Shown: positions 1 to 14,100 of the stretch, in pieces
How the letters are laid out: every line of letters starts with the position of its first letter
Position numbering within the stretch: the stretch's first letter is position 1
Source: Eledone cirrhosa
Lineage: Eukaryota
Length of the DNA: 64,000 nt
Direction: 5' to 3'
Assembly: GCA_964016885.1 (NCBI GenBank)
Contig: CAXHJY010001472.1
Span: 1,036,176-1,100,175, forward strand
The notes under the pieces: model-generated
The model's database searches: none
What the model was told of the DNA's origin: nothing
The model's input: only the letters and a program-made list of their open reading frames with translations
Position numbers and translations under genes: made by a program

Positions 1-2189
1 TGATTTTTTTTTACAAATTATCTCCCCCTGATTTTTTTTTACAAATTATCTCCCCCTGATTTTTTTTTTACAAATTATCTCCCCCTGATTTTTTTACAAA
101 TTATCTCCCCCTGATTTTTTTTACAATCTCCGCCTGATTTTTTAAAAAATGATCTCCCCTTGGACGGCTGGAAATGATCTCCCCTTGGCTGGTTGGAAAT
201 TATCTCCCCTTGGACCGCTAGAAATTATCTCTCCTTGGACGGCTGGAAATTATCTCCCCTTGATTTTTTTACAAATTATCTCCCCCTGATTTTTTTTACA
301 AATCTCCCAGTGATTTTTAAAAAAAAATTATCTCCCCTTCGCTGGCTGGAAATTATCTCCCCTTGGACGCTGGAAATTATAGCCCCCTTGGAGGGCTGGA
401 AATTATCTTCCCTTGGACGGCTGGAAATTATCTCCCCTTGATTTTTTTTACAAATTATCTCCCCCTGATTTTTTTTTACAAATTATCTCCGCCTGATTTT
501 TAAAAAAAAATTATCTCCCCTTGGACGGCTGGAATTATCTCCCCTTGGACGGCTGGAAATTATCTCCCCTTGGACGGCTAGAAATTACCTCTCCTTGGAC
601 GGCTGAAAATTATCTCCCCTTGGACGGCTGCAAATTATCTCCCCTTGATTTTTTTTACAAATTATCTCCCCCTGATTTTTTTTTACAAATTATCTACCCC
701 TGATTTTTTTTACAAATTATCTCCCCCTGATTTTTTTTTACAAATTATCTCCCCCTGATTTTTTTTTACAAATTATCTCCCCCTGATTTTTTTACAAATT
801 ATCTCCCCCTGATTTTTTTTACAATCTCCGCCTGATTTTTTAAAAAATAATCTTCCCTTGGCTGGCGGGAAATTATCTCCCCTTGGACGGCTGGAAATTA
901 TCTCCCCTTGGAAGGATAGAAATTATCTCCCCTTGGACGGCTGGAAATTATCTCCCCTTGCACGGCTGGAAATTATCTCCCCTTGGACAGCTGGAAATTA
1001 TCTGCCCTTGATTTTGTTTTTACAAATTATCTCCCCCTGATTTTTTTTACAAATTATCTCCACCTGATTTTTTAAAAAATTATCTCCCCTTGGACGGCTG
1101 GAAATTATCTCCCCTTGGCTGGAAATTATCTCCCCTTGGACGGCTAGAAATTATCTCTCTTTGGACGGCTGGAAATTATCTCCCTTTGATTTTTTTTACA
1201 AATTATCTCCCTCTGATTTTTTTTACAAATCTCCCCCTGATTTTTAAAAAAAAATTATCTCCCCTTCGCTGGCTGGAAATTATCTCCCCTTGGACACTGG
1301 AAATTATAGCCCCTTGGAGGGCTGGAAATTATCTTCCCTTGGACGGCTGGAAATTATCTCCCCTTGATTTTTTTTACAAATTATCTCCCCCTGATATTTT
1401 TTTTACAAATTATCTCCCCCTGATTTTTTTACAAATTATCTCCCCCTGATTTTTTTTACAAATTATCTCCGCCTGATTTTTTTAAATATTATCTTCCCTT
1501 GGCTGGCGGGAAATTATCTCCCCTTGGACGGTTGGAAATTATCTCCCCTTGCACTGCTGGAAATTATCTCCCCTTGGACGGCTGGAAATTATCTCCCCTT
1601 GCACGGCTGGAAATTATCATCCCCTTGGACGGCTGAAAATTATCTCCCCTTGATTTTTTTTACAAATTATCTGCCCCTGATTTTTTTTTACAAATTATCT
1701 CCCCCTGATTTTTTTTACAAATTATCTCCGCCTGATTTTTAAAAAAAAATTATCTCCCCTTAGACGGCTGGAAATTATCTCCCCTTGGACGGCTGGAAAT
1801 TATCTCCCCTTGGACGGCTAGAAATTGGACGGCTGAAAATTATCTCCCCTTGGACGGCTGCAAATTATCTCCCCTTGATTTTTTTTACAAATTATCTCCC
1901 CCTGATTTTTTTTTACAAATTATCTCCCCCTGATTTTTTTTTTACAAATTATCTCCCCCTGATTTTTTTACAAATTATCTCCCCCTGATTTTTTTTACAA
2001 TCTCCGCCTGATTTTTTAAAAAATTATCTTCCCTTGGCTGGCGGGAAATTATCTCCCCTTGGACGGCTGGAAATTATCTCCCCTTGGCTGGAAATTATCT
2101 CCCCTTTGACACTGGAAATTATGGCCCCTTGGAGGGCTGGAAATTATCTTCCCTTGAACGGCTGGAAATTATCTCCCCTTGATTTTTTT

Positions 2190-5100
2190 ACAAATTATCT
2201 GCCCCTGATTTTTTTTTACAAATTATCTCCCCCTGATTTTTTTTTACAAATTATCTACCCCTGATTTTTTTTACAAATTATCTCCCCCTGATTTTTTTTT
2301 TACAAATTATCTCCCCCTGATTTTTTTAAAAATGATCTCCCCTTGGACGGCTGGAAATGATCTCCCCTTGGCTGGTTGGAAATTATCTCCCCTTGGACCG
2401 CTAGAAATTATCTCTCCTTGGACGGCTGGAAATTATTTCCCCTTGATTTTTTTTACAAATCTCCCCCTAATTTAAAAAAAAATTATCTCCCCTTCGCTGG
2501 CTGGAAATTATCTCCCTTTGGACGGCTGGAAATTATAGCCCCTTGTAGGGCTGGAAATTATCTCCCCTTGGACGGCTGGAAATTATCTCCCCTTGATTTT
2601 TTTTACAAATTATCTCCCCCTGATTTTTTTAAAAATGATCTCCCCTTGGACGGCTGGAAATGATCTCCCCTTGGCTGGTTGGAAATTATCTCCCCTTGGA
2701 CCGCTAGAAATTATCTTTCCTTGGATGGCTGGAAATTATCTCCCCTTGATTTTTCTACAAATTATCTCCCCCTGATTTTTTTTACAAATCTCCCAGTGAT
2801 TTTTAAAAAAAATTTTCTCCCCTTCGCTGGCTGGAAATTATCTCCCCTTGGACGCTGGAAATTATAGCCCCTTGGAAGGCTGGAAATTATCTTCCCTTGG
2901 ACGGCTGGAAATTATCTCCCCTTGATTTTTTTTACAAATTATCTCCCCCTGATTTTTTTTTTTACAAATTATCTCCCCCTGATTTTTTTTAACAAATTAT
3001 CTCCGCCTGATTTTTTTAAAAAAATTATCTCCCCTTGGACGGCTGGAAATTATCTCCCCTTGGACGGCTAGAAATTACCTCTCCTTGGACGGCTGAAAAT
3101 TATCTCCCCTTGGACGGCTGCAAATTATCTCCCCTTGATTTTTTTTACAAATTATCTCCCCTTGATTTTTTTTTATAAATTATCTCCCCCTGATTTTTTT
3201 TACAAATTATCTTCCCTTGGACGGCTGGAAATTATCTCCCCTTGGAAGGATGGAAATTATCTCCCCTTGGACGGCTGGAAATTATCTCCCCTTGCACGGC
3301 TGGAAATTATCTCCCCTTGGACAGCTGGAAATTATCTGCCCTTGATTTTTTTTTACAAATTATCTCCCCCTGATTTTTTTTTACAAATTATCTCCCCCTG
3401 ATTTTTTTTTTACAAATTATCTCCGCCTGATTTTTTTTTTAAATTATCTCCCCTTGGACGGCTGGAAATTATCTCCCCTTGGACGGCTGGAAATTATCTT
3501 CCCTTGGACGGCTAGAAATTACCTCTCCTTGGACGGCTGAAAATTATCTCCCCTTGGACGGCTGGAAATTATCTCCCCTTGATTTTTTTACAAATTATCT
3601 GCCCCTGATTTTTTTTTACAAATTATCTCCCCCTGATTTTTTTTTACAAATTATCTCCCCCTGATTTTTTTTTACTAATTATCTCCCCCTGATTTTTTTT
3701 TTACAAATTATCTCCCCCTGATTTTTTTACAAATTATCTCCCCCTGATTTTTTTTACAATCTCCGCCTGATTTTTTAAAAAATTATCTTCCCTTGGCTGG
3801 CGGGAAATTATCTCCCCTTGGACGGCTGGAAATTATCTCCCCTTGGCTGGAAATTATCTCCCCTTGGACACTGGAAATTATAGCCCCTTGGAGGGCTGGA
3901 AATTATCTTCCCTTGGACGGCTGGAAATTATCTCCCCTTGATTTTTTTACAAATTATCTGCCCCTGATTTTTTTTTTACAAATTATCTCCCCCTGATTTT
4001 TTTTTACAAATTATCTACCCCTGATTTTTTTTACAAATTATCTCCCCCTGATTTTTTTTTTACAAATTATCTCCCCCTGATTTTTTAAAAAATGATCTCC
4101 CCTTGGACGGCTGGAAATGATCTCCCCTTGGCTGGCTGGAAATTATCTCCCCTTGGACCGCTAGAAATTATCTCTCCTTGGACGGCTGGAAATTATTTCC
4201 CCTTGATTTTTTTTACAAATCTCCCCCTAATTTAAAAAAAAATTATCTCCCCTTCGCTGGCTGGAAATTATCTCCCTTTGGACGGCTGGAAATTATAGCC
4301 CCTTGTATGGCTGGAAATTATCTCCCCTTGGACGGCTGGAAATTATCTCCCCTTGATTTATTTTACAAATTATCTCCCCCTGATTTTTTTAAAAATGATC
4401 TCCCCTTGGACGGCTGGAAATGATCTCCCCTTGGCTGGTTGGAAATTATCTCCCCTTGGACCGCTAGAAATTATCTCTCCTTGGATGGCTGGAAATTATC
4501 TCCCCTTGATTTTTTTACAAATTATCTCCCCCTGATTTTTTTACAAATCTCCCAGTGATTTTTAAAAAAAATTTTCTCCCCTTCGCTGGCTGGAAATTAT
4601 CTCCCCTTGGACGCCGGAAATTATAGCCCCTTGGAAGGCTGGAAATTATCTTCCCTTGGACGGCTGGAAATTATCTCCCCTTGATTTTTTTTACAAATTA
4701 TCTCCCCCTGATTTTTTTTTTACAAATTATCTCCCCCTGATTTTTTTTAACAAATTATCTCCGCCTGATTTTTTTAAAAAAATTATCTCCCCTTGGACGG
4801 CTGGAAATTATCTCCCCTTGGACGGCTGGAAATTATCTCCCCTTGGACGGCTAGAAATTACCTCTCCTTGGACGGCTGAAAATTATCTCCCCTTGGACGG
4901 CTGCAAATTATCTCCCCTTGATTTTTTTTACAAATTATCTCCCCTTGATTTTTTTTTACAAATTATCTCCCCCTGATTTTTTTTACAAATTATCTTCCCT
5001 TGGACGGCTGGAAATTATCTCCCCTTGGAAGGATGGAAATTATCTCCCCTTGGACGGCTGGAAATTATCTCCCCTTGCACGGCTGGAAATTATCTCCCCT

Positions 5101-8100
5101 TGGACAGCTGGAAATTATCTGCCCTTGATTTTGTTTTTACAAATTATCTCCCCCTGATTTTTTTTACAAATTATCTCCACCTGATTTTTTTAAAAATTAT
5201 CTCCCCTTGGATGGCTGGAAATTATCTCCCCTTAGCTGGAAATTATCTCCCCTTGGACGGCTAGAAATTATCTCTCTTTGGACGGCTGGAAATTATCTCC
5301 CTTTGATTTTTTTAACAAATTATCTCCCTCTGATTTTTTTTACAAATCTCCCCCTGATTTTTTTAAAAAAATTATCTCCCCTTCGCTGGCTGGAAATTAT
5401 CTCCCCTTGGACACTGGAAATTATAGCCCCCTGGAGGGCTGGAAATTATCTTCCCTTGGACGGTTGGAAATTATCTCCCCTTGATTTTTTTTACAAATTA
5501 TCTCCCCCTGATTTTTTTTTACAAATTATCTCCCCCTGATATTTTTTACAAATTATCTCCCCCTGATTTTTTTTTACAAATTATCTCCCCCTGATATTTT
5601 TTTTACAAATTATCTCCGCCTGATTTTTTTAAAAAAATTATCTCCCCTTGGACGGCTGGAAATTATCTCCCCTTGGACGGCTGGAAATTATCTCCCCTTG
5701 GACGGCTAGAAATTACCTCTCCTTGGACGGCTGAAAATTATCTCCCCTTGGACGGCTGCAAATTATCTCCCCTTGATTTTTTTTACAAATTATCTCCCCC
5801 TGATTTTTTTTTTACAAACTCCGCCTGATTTTCAAAAAAAATTATCTCCCCTTGGACGGCTGGAAATTATCTCCCCTTGGACGGCTGGAAATTATCTTCC
5901 CTTGGACGGCTAGAAATTACCTCTCCTTGGACGGCTGAAAATTATCTCCCCTTGGACGGCTGGAAATTATCTCCCCTTGATTTTTTTACAAATTATCTGC
6001 CCCTGATTTTTTTTTTACAAATTATCTCCCCCTGATTTTTTTAAAAATGATCTCCCCTTGGACGGCTGGAAATGATCTCCCCTTGGCTGGTTGGAAATTA
6101 TCTCCCATTGGACCGCTAGAAATAATCTCTCCTTGGACGGCTGGAAATTATCTCCCCTTGATTTTTTTTACAAATCTCCCCCTAATTTTAAAAAAAATTA
6201 TCTCCCCTTCGCTGGCTGGAAATTATCTCCCTTTGGACGGCTGGAAATTATAGCCCCTTGTAGGGCTGGAAATTATCTCCCCTTGGACGGCTGGAAATTA
6301 TCTCCCCTTGATTTTCTTTACAAATTATCTCCCCCTGACTTTTTTAAAAATGATCTCCCCTTGGCCGGCTGGAAATGATCTCCCCTTGGCTGGTTGGAAA
6401 TTTTCTCCCCTTGGACGGCTGAAAATTATCTCCCCTTGGACGGCTGCAAATTATCTCCCCTTGATTTTTTTTACAAATTATCTCCCCTTGATTTTTTTTT
6501 ACAAATTATCTCCCCCTGATTTTTTTTACAAATTATCTTCCCTTGGACGGCTGGAAATTATCTCCCCTTGGAAGGATGGAAATTATCTCCCCTTGGACGG
6601 CTGGAAATTATCTCCCCTTGCACGGCTGGAAATTATCTCCCCTTGGACAGCTGGAAATTATCTGCCCTTGATTTTGTTTTTACAAATTATCTCCCCCTGA
6701 TTTTTTTTACAAATTATCTCCACCTGATTTTTTTAAAAATTATCTCCCCTTGGACGGCTGGAAATTATCTCCCCTTGGCTGGAAATTATCTCCCCTTGGA
6801 CGGCTAGAAATTATCTCTCTTTGGACGGCTGGAAATTATCTCCCTTTGATTTTTTTAACAAATTATCTCCCTCTGATTTTTTTTTACAAATCTCCCCCTG
6901 ATTTTTTTAAAAAAATTATCTCCCCTTCGCTGGCTGGAAATTATCTCCCCTTGGACACTGGAAATTATAGCCCCCTGGAGGGCTGGAAATTATCTTCCCT
7001 AGGACGGCTGGAAATTATCTCCCCTTGATTTTTTTTACAAATTATCTCCCCCTGATTTTTTTTTACAAATTATCTCCCCCTGATATTTTTTTACAAATTA
7101 TCTCCGCCTGATTTTTTTAAAAAAATTATCTCCCCTTGGACGGCTGGAAATTATCTCCCCTTGGACGGCTGGAAATTATCTCCCCTTGGACGGCTAGAAA
7201 TTACCTCTCCTTGGACGGCTGAAAATTATCTCCCCTTGGACGGCTGCAAATTATCTCCCCTTGATTTTTTTTACAAATTATCTCCCCCTGATTTTTTTTT
7301 TACAAATTGTCCCCCTGATTTTTTTTTTACAAATCTCCGCCTGATTTTTAAAAAAAATTATCTCCCCTTGGACGGCTGGAAATTATCTCCCCTTGGACGG
7401 CTGGAAATTATCTTCCCTTGGACGGCTAGAAATTACCTCTCCTTGGACGGCTGAAAATTATCTCCCCTTGGACGGCTGGAAATTATCTCCCCTTGATTTT
7501 TTTACAAATTATCTGCCCCTGATTTTTTTTTTACAAATTATCTCCCCCTGATTTTTTTAAAAATGATCTCCCCTTGGACGGCTGGAAATGATCTCCCCTT
7601 GGCTGGTTGGAAATTATCTCCCCTTGGACCGCTAGAAATAATCTCTCCTTGGACGGCTGGAAATTATCTCCCCTTGATTTTTTTTACAAATCTCCCCCTA
7701 ATTTAAAAAAAAATTATCTCCCCTTCGCTGGCTGGAAATTATCTCCCTTTGGACGGCTGGAAATTATAGCCCCTTGTAGGGCTGGAAATTATCTCCCCTT
7801 GGACGGCTGGAAATTATCTCCCCTTGATTTTTTTTACAAATTATCTCCCCCTGACTTTTTTAAAAATGATCTCCCCTTGGACGGCTGGAAATGATCTCCC
7901 CTTGGCTGGTTGGAAATTTTCTCCCCTTGGACTGCTAGAAATTATCTCTCCTTGGACGGCTGGAAATTATCTCCCCTTGATTTTTTTACAAATTATCTCC
8001 CCCTGATTTTTTTTACAAATCTCCCAGTGATTTTTTAAAAAAATTATCTCCCCTTCGCTGGCTGGAAATTATCTCCCCTTGGACGCTGGAAATTATAGCC

Positions 8101-11100
8101 CCTTGGAGGGCTGGAAATTATCTTCCCTTGGACGGCTGGAAATTATCTCCCCTTGATTTTTTTTACAAATTATCTCCCCCTGATTTTTTTTTACAAATTA
8201 TCTCCCCCTGATTTTTTTTACAAATTATCTCCCCCTGATTTTTTTAAACAAATTATCTCCCCTTGGACGGCTGGAAATTATCTCCCCTTGGACGGCTGGA
8301 AATTATCTCCCCTTGGACGGCTAGAAATTACCTCTCCTTGGACAGCTGAAAATTATCTCCCCTTCGACGGCTGCAAATTATCTCCCCTTGATTTTTTTTA
8401 CAAATTATCTCCCCTTGATTTTTTTTACAAATTATCTCCCCCTGATTTTTTTTACAAATTATCTCCCCCTGATTTTTTTTACAAATTATCTCCCCCTGAT
8501 TTTTTTTACAAAATATCTCCCCCTGATTTTTTTACAAATTATCTCCCCCTGATTTTTTTTACAATCTCCGCCTGATTTTTTTAAAAATTATCTTGCCTTG
8601 GCTGGCTGGAAATTATCTCCCCTTGGACGGCTGGAAATTATCTCCCCTAGGAAGGATGGAAATTATCTCCCCTTGGACGGCTGGAAATTATCTCCCCTTG
8701 CACGGCTGGAAATTATCTCCCCTTGGACAGCTGGAAATTATCTGCCCTTGATTTTGTTTTTACAAATTATGTTCCCCTGATTTTTTTTACAAATTATCTC
8801 CACCTGATTTTTTAAAAAATTATCTCCCCTTGGACGGCTGGAAATTATCTCCCCTTGGTTGGAAATTATCTCCCCTTGGACGGCTAGAAATTATCTCTGT
8901 TTGGACGGCTGGAAATTATCTCCCTTTGATTTTTTTAACAAATTATCTCCCTCTGATTTTTTTTACAAATCTCCCCCTGATTTTTTAAAAAAAATTATCT
9001 CCCCTTCGCTGGCTGGAAATTATCTCCCCTTGGACACTGGAAATTATAGCCCCCTGGAGGGCTGGAAATTATCTTCCCTTGGACGGCTGGAAATTATCTC
9101 CCCTTGATTTTTTTTACAAATTATCTCCCCCTGATTTTTTTTTTACAAATTATCTCCCCCTGATTTTTTTTACAAATTATCTCCCCCTGATTTTTTTACA
9201 AATTATCTCCGCCTGATTTTTTTAAAAATTATCTTCCCTTGGCTGGCGGGAAATTATCTCCCCTTGGACGGCTGGAAATTATCTCCCCTTGGAAGGATGG
9301 AAATTATCTCCCCTTGGACAGCTGGAAATTATCTCCCCTTGGACGGCTGAAAATTATCTCCCCTTGATTTTTTTTTTACAAATTATCTCCCCCTGATTTT
9401 TTTTTACAAATTAACTCCCCCTGATTTTTTTTTTACAAATTATCTCTCCCTGATTTTTTTTTACAAATATCTCCCCTTGGCTGGCTGGAAATTATCTCCC
9501 CTTGGACGGTTGGAAATTATCTCCCCTTGGACGGCTGGAAATTATCTCCCCTTGGACGGCTGGAAATTATCTCCTCTTGGACGGCTGGAAATTATCTCCC
9601 CTTGGACGGCTGGAAATTATCTGCCCTTGATTTTTTTTTACAAATTATCTCCCCCTGATTTTTTTAAAAATGATCTCGCCTTGGACGGCTGGAAATGATC
9701 TCCCCTTGGCTGGTTGGAAATTATCTCCCCTTGGACCGCTAGAAATTATCTCTCCTTGGACGGCTGGAAATTATCTCCCCTTGATTTTTTTACAAATTAT
9801 CTCGTCCTGATTTTTTTTACAAATCTCCCAGTGATTTTTAAAAAAAAATTATCACCCCTTCGCTGGCTGGAAATTATCTCACCTTGGACGCTGGAAATTA
9901 TAGCCCCTTGGAGGGCTGGAAATTATCTTCACTTGGACGGCTGGAAATTATCTCCCCTTGATTTTTTTTACAAATTATCTCCCCCTGATTTTTTTTTACA
10001 AATTATCTCCCCCGGATTTTTTTTTATAAATTATCTCCCCCTGATTTTTTTTAACAAATTATCTCCGCCTGATTTTTAAAAAAAAATTATCTCCCCTTAG
10101 ACGGCTGGAAATTATCTCCCCTTGGACGGCTGGAAATTATCTCCCCTTGGAGGGCTAGAAATTGGACGGCTGAAAATTATCTCCCCTTGGACGGCTGCAA
10201 ATTATCTCCCCTTGATTTTTTTTACAAATTATCTCCCCCTGATTTTTTTTTACAAATTATCTCCCCCTGATTTTTTTTTACAAATTATCTCCCCCTGATT
10301 TTTTTTTACAAATTATCTACCCCTGATTTTTTTTTACAAATTATCTGCCCCTGATTTTTTTTTACAAATTATCTCCCCCTGATTTTTTTTTACAAATTAT
10401 CTACCCCTGATTTTTTTTACAAATTATCTCCCCCTGATTTTTTTTTTACAAATTATCTCCCCCTGATTTTTTTAAAAATGATCTCCCCTTGGACGGCTGG
10501 AAATGATCTCCCCTTGGCTGGTTGGAAATTATCTCCCCTTGGACCGCTAGAAATTATCTCTCCTTGGACGGCTGGAAATTATTTCCCCTTGATTTTTTTT
10601 ACAAATCTCCCCCTAATTTAAAAAAAAATTATCTCCCCTTCGCTGGCTGGAAATTATCTCCCTTTGGACGGCTGGAAATTATAGCCCCTTGTAGGGCTGG
10701 AAATTATCTCCCCTTGGACGGCTGGAAATTATCTCCCCTTGATTTTTTTTACAAATTATCTCCCCCTGATTTTTTTAAAAATGATCTCCCCTTGGACGGC
10801 TGGAAATGATCTCCCCTTGGCTGGTTGGAAATTATCTCCCCTTGGACCGCTAGAAATTATCTCTCCTTGGATGGCTGGAAATTATCTCCCCTTGATTTTT
10901 CTACAAATTATCTCCCCCTGATTTTTTTTACAAATCTCCCAGTGATTTTTAAAAAAAATTTTCTCCCCTTCGCTGGCTGGAAATTATCTCCCCTTGGACG
11001 CTGGAAATTATAGCCCCTTGGAAGGCTGGAAATTATCTTCCCTTGGACGGCTGGAAATTATCTCCCCTTGATTTTTTTTTACAAATTATCTCCCCCTGAT

Positions 11101-14100
11101 TTTTTTTTTACAAATTATCTCCCCCTGATTTTTTTTTAACAAATTATCTCCGCCTGATTTTTTTAAAAAAATTATCTCCCCTTGGACGGCTGGAAATTAT
11201 CTCCCCTTGGACGGCTGGAAATTATCTCCCCTTGGACGGCTAGAAATTACCTCTCCTTGGACGGCTGAAAATTATCTCCCCTTGGACGGCTGCAAATTAT
11301 CTCCCCTTGATTTTTTTTACAAATTATCTCCCCTTGATTTTTTTTTATAAATTATCTCCCCCTGATTTTTTTTACAAATTATCTTCCCTTGGACGGCTGG
11401 AAATTATCTCCCCTTGGAAGGATGGAAATTATCTCCCCTTGGACGGCTGGAAATTATCTCCCCTTGCACGGCTGGAAATTATCTCCCCTTGGACAGCTGG
11501 AAATTATCTGCCCTTGATTTTTTTTTACAAATTATCTCCCCCTGATTTTTTTTTACAAATTATCTCCCCCTGATTTTTTTTTTACAAATTATCTCCGCCT
11601 GATTTTTTTTTTAAATTATCTCCCCTTGGACGGCTGGAAATTATCTCCCTTTGGACGGCTTGAAATTATCTTCCCTTGGACGGCTAGAAATTACCTCTCC
11701 TTGGACGGCTGAAAATTATCTCCCCTTGGACGGCTGGAAATTATCTCCCCTTGATTTTTTTACAAATTATCTGCCCCTGATTTTTTTTTACAAATTATCT
11801 CCCCCTGATTTTTTTTTACAAATTATCTCCCCCTGATTTTTTTTTACAAATTATCTCCCCCTGATTTTTTTTTTACAAATTATCTCCCCCTGATTTTTTT
11901 ACAAATTATCTCCCCCTGATTTTTTTTACAATCTCCGCCTGATTTTTTAAAAAATTATCTTCCCTTGGCTGGCGGGAAATTATCTCCCCTTGGACGGCTG
12001 GAAATTATCTCCCCTTGGCTGGAAATTATCTCCCCTTGGACACTGGAAATTATAGCCCCTTGGAGGGCTGGAAATTATCTTCCCTTGGACGGCTGGAAAT
12101 TATCTCCCCTTGATTTTTTTACAAATTATCTGCCCCTGATTTTTTTTTTACAAATTATCTCCCCCTGATTTTTTTTTACAAATTATCTACCCCTGATTTT
12201 TTTTACAAATTATCTCCCCCTGATTTTTTTTTTACAAATTATCTCCCCCTGATTTTTTAAAAAATGATCTCCCCTTGGACGGCTGGAAATGATCTCCCCT
12301 TGGCTGGTTGGAAATTATCTCCCCTTGGACCGCTAGAAATTATCTCTCCTTGGACGGCTGGAAATTATTTCCCCTTGATTTTTTTTACAAATCTCCCCCT
12401 AATTTAAAAAAAAATTATCTCCCCTTCGCTGGCTGGAAATTATCTCCCTTTGGACGGCTGGAAATTATAGCCCCTTGTAGGGCTGGAAATTATCTCCCCT
12501 TGGACGGCTGGAAATTATCTCCCCTTGATTTTTTTTACAAATTATCTCCCCCTGATTTTTTTAAAAATGATCTCCCCTTGGACGGCTGGAAATGATCTCC
12601 CCTTGGCTGGTTGGAAATTATCTCCCCTTGGACCGCTAGAAATTATCTCTCCTTGGATGGCTGGAAATTATCTCCCCTTGATTTTTTTACAAATTATCTC
12701 CCCCTGATTTTTGTTACAAATCTCCCAGTGATTTTTAAAAAAAATTTTCTCCCCTTCGCTGGCTGGAAATTATCTCCCCTTGGACGCTGGAAATTATAGC
12801 CCCTTGGAAGGCTGGAAATTATCTTCCCTTGGACGGCTGGAAATTATCTCCCCTTGATTTTTTTTTACAAATTATCTCCCCCTGATTTTTTTTTTACAAA
12901 TTATCTCCCCCTGATTTTTTTTAACAAATTATCTCCGCCTGATTTTTTTAAAAAAATTATCTCCCCTTGGACGGCTGGAAATTATCTCCACTTGGACGGC
13001 TGGAAATTATCTCCCCTTGGACGGCTAGAAATTACCTCTCCTTGGACGGCTGAAAATTATCTCCCCTTGGACGGCTGCAAATTATCTCCCCTTGATTTTT
13101 TTTACAAATTATCTCCCCTTGATTTTTTTTTACAAATTATCTCCCCCTGATTTTTTTTACAAATTATCTTCCCTTGGACGGCTGGAAATTATCTCCCCTT
13201 GGAAGGATGGAAATTATCTCCCCTTGGACGGCTGGAAATTATCTCCCCTTGCACGGCTGGAAATTATCTCCCCTTGGACAGCTGGAAATTATCTGCCCTT
13301 GATTTTGTTTTTACAAATTATCTCCCCCTGATTTTTTTTACAAATTATCTCCACCTGATTTTTTTAAAAATTATCTCCCCTTGGACGGCTGGAAATTATC
13401 TCCCCTTGGCTGGAAATTATCTCCCCTTGGACGGCTAGAAATTATCTCTCTTTGGACGGCTGGAAATTATCTCCCTTTGATTTTTTTAACAAATTATCTC
13501 CCTCTGATTTTTTTTACAAATCTCCCCCTGATTTTTTTAAAAAAATTATCTCCCCTTCGCTGGCTGGAAATTATCTCCCCTTGGACACTGGAAATTATAG
13601 CCCCCTGGAGGGCTGGAAATTATCTTCCCTTGGACGGCTGGAAATTATCTCCCCTTGATTTTTTTTACAAATTATCTCCCCCTGATTTTTTTTACAAATT
13701 ATCTCCCCCTGATTTTTTTTTACAAATTATCTCCCCCTGATATTTTTTTTAGAAATTATCTCCGCCTGATTTTTTTAAAAAAATTATCTCCCCTTGGACG
13801 GCTGGAAATTATCTCCCCTTGGACGGCTGGAAATTATCTCCCCTTGGACGGCTAGAAATTACCTCTCCTTGGACGGCTGAAAATTATCTCCCCTTGGACG
13901 GCTGCAAATTATCTCCCCTTGATTTTTTTACAAATTATCTCCCCCTGATTTTTTTTTTACAAATTATCTCCCCCTGATTTTTTTTTTACAAATCTCCGCC
14001 TGATTTTAAAAAAAAATTATCTCCCCTTGGACGGCTGGAAATTATCTCCCCTTGGACGGCTGGAAATTATCTTCCCTTGGACGGCTAGAAATTACCTCTC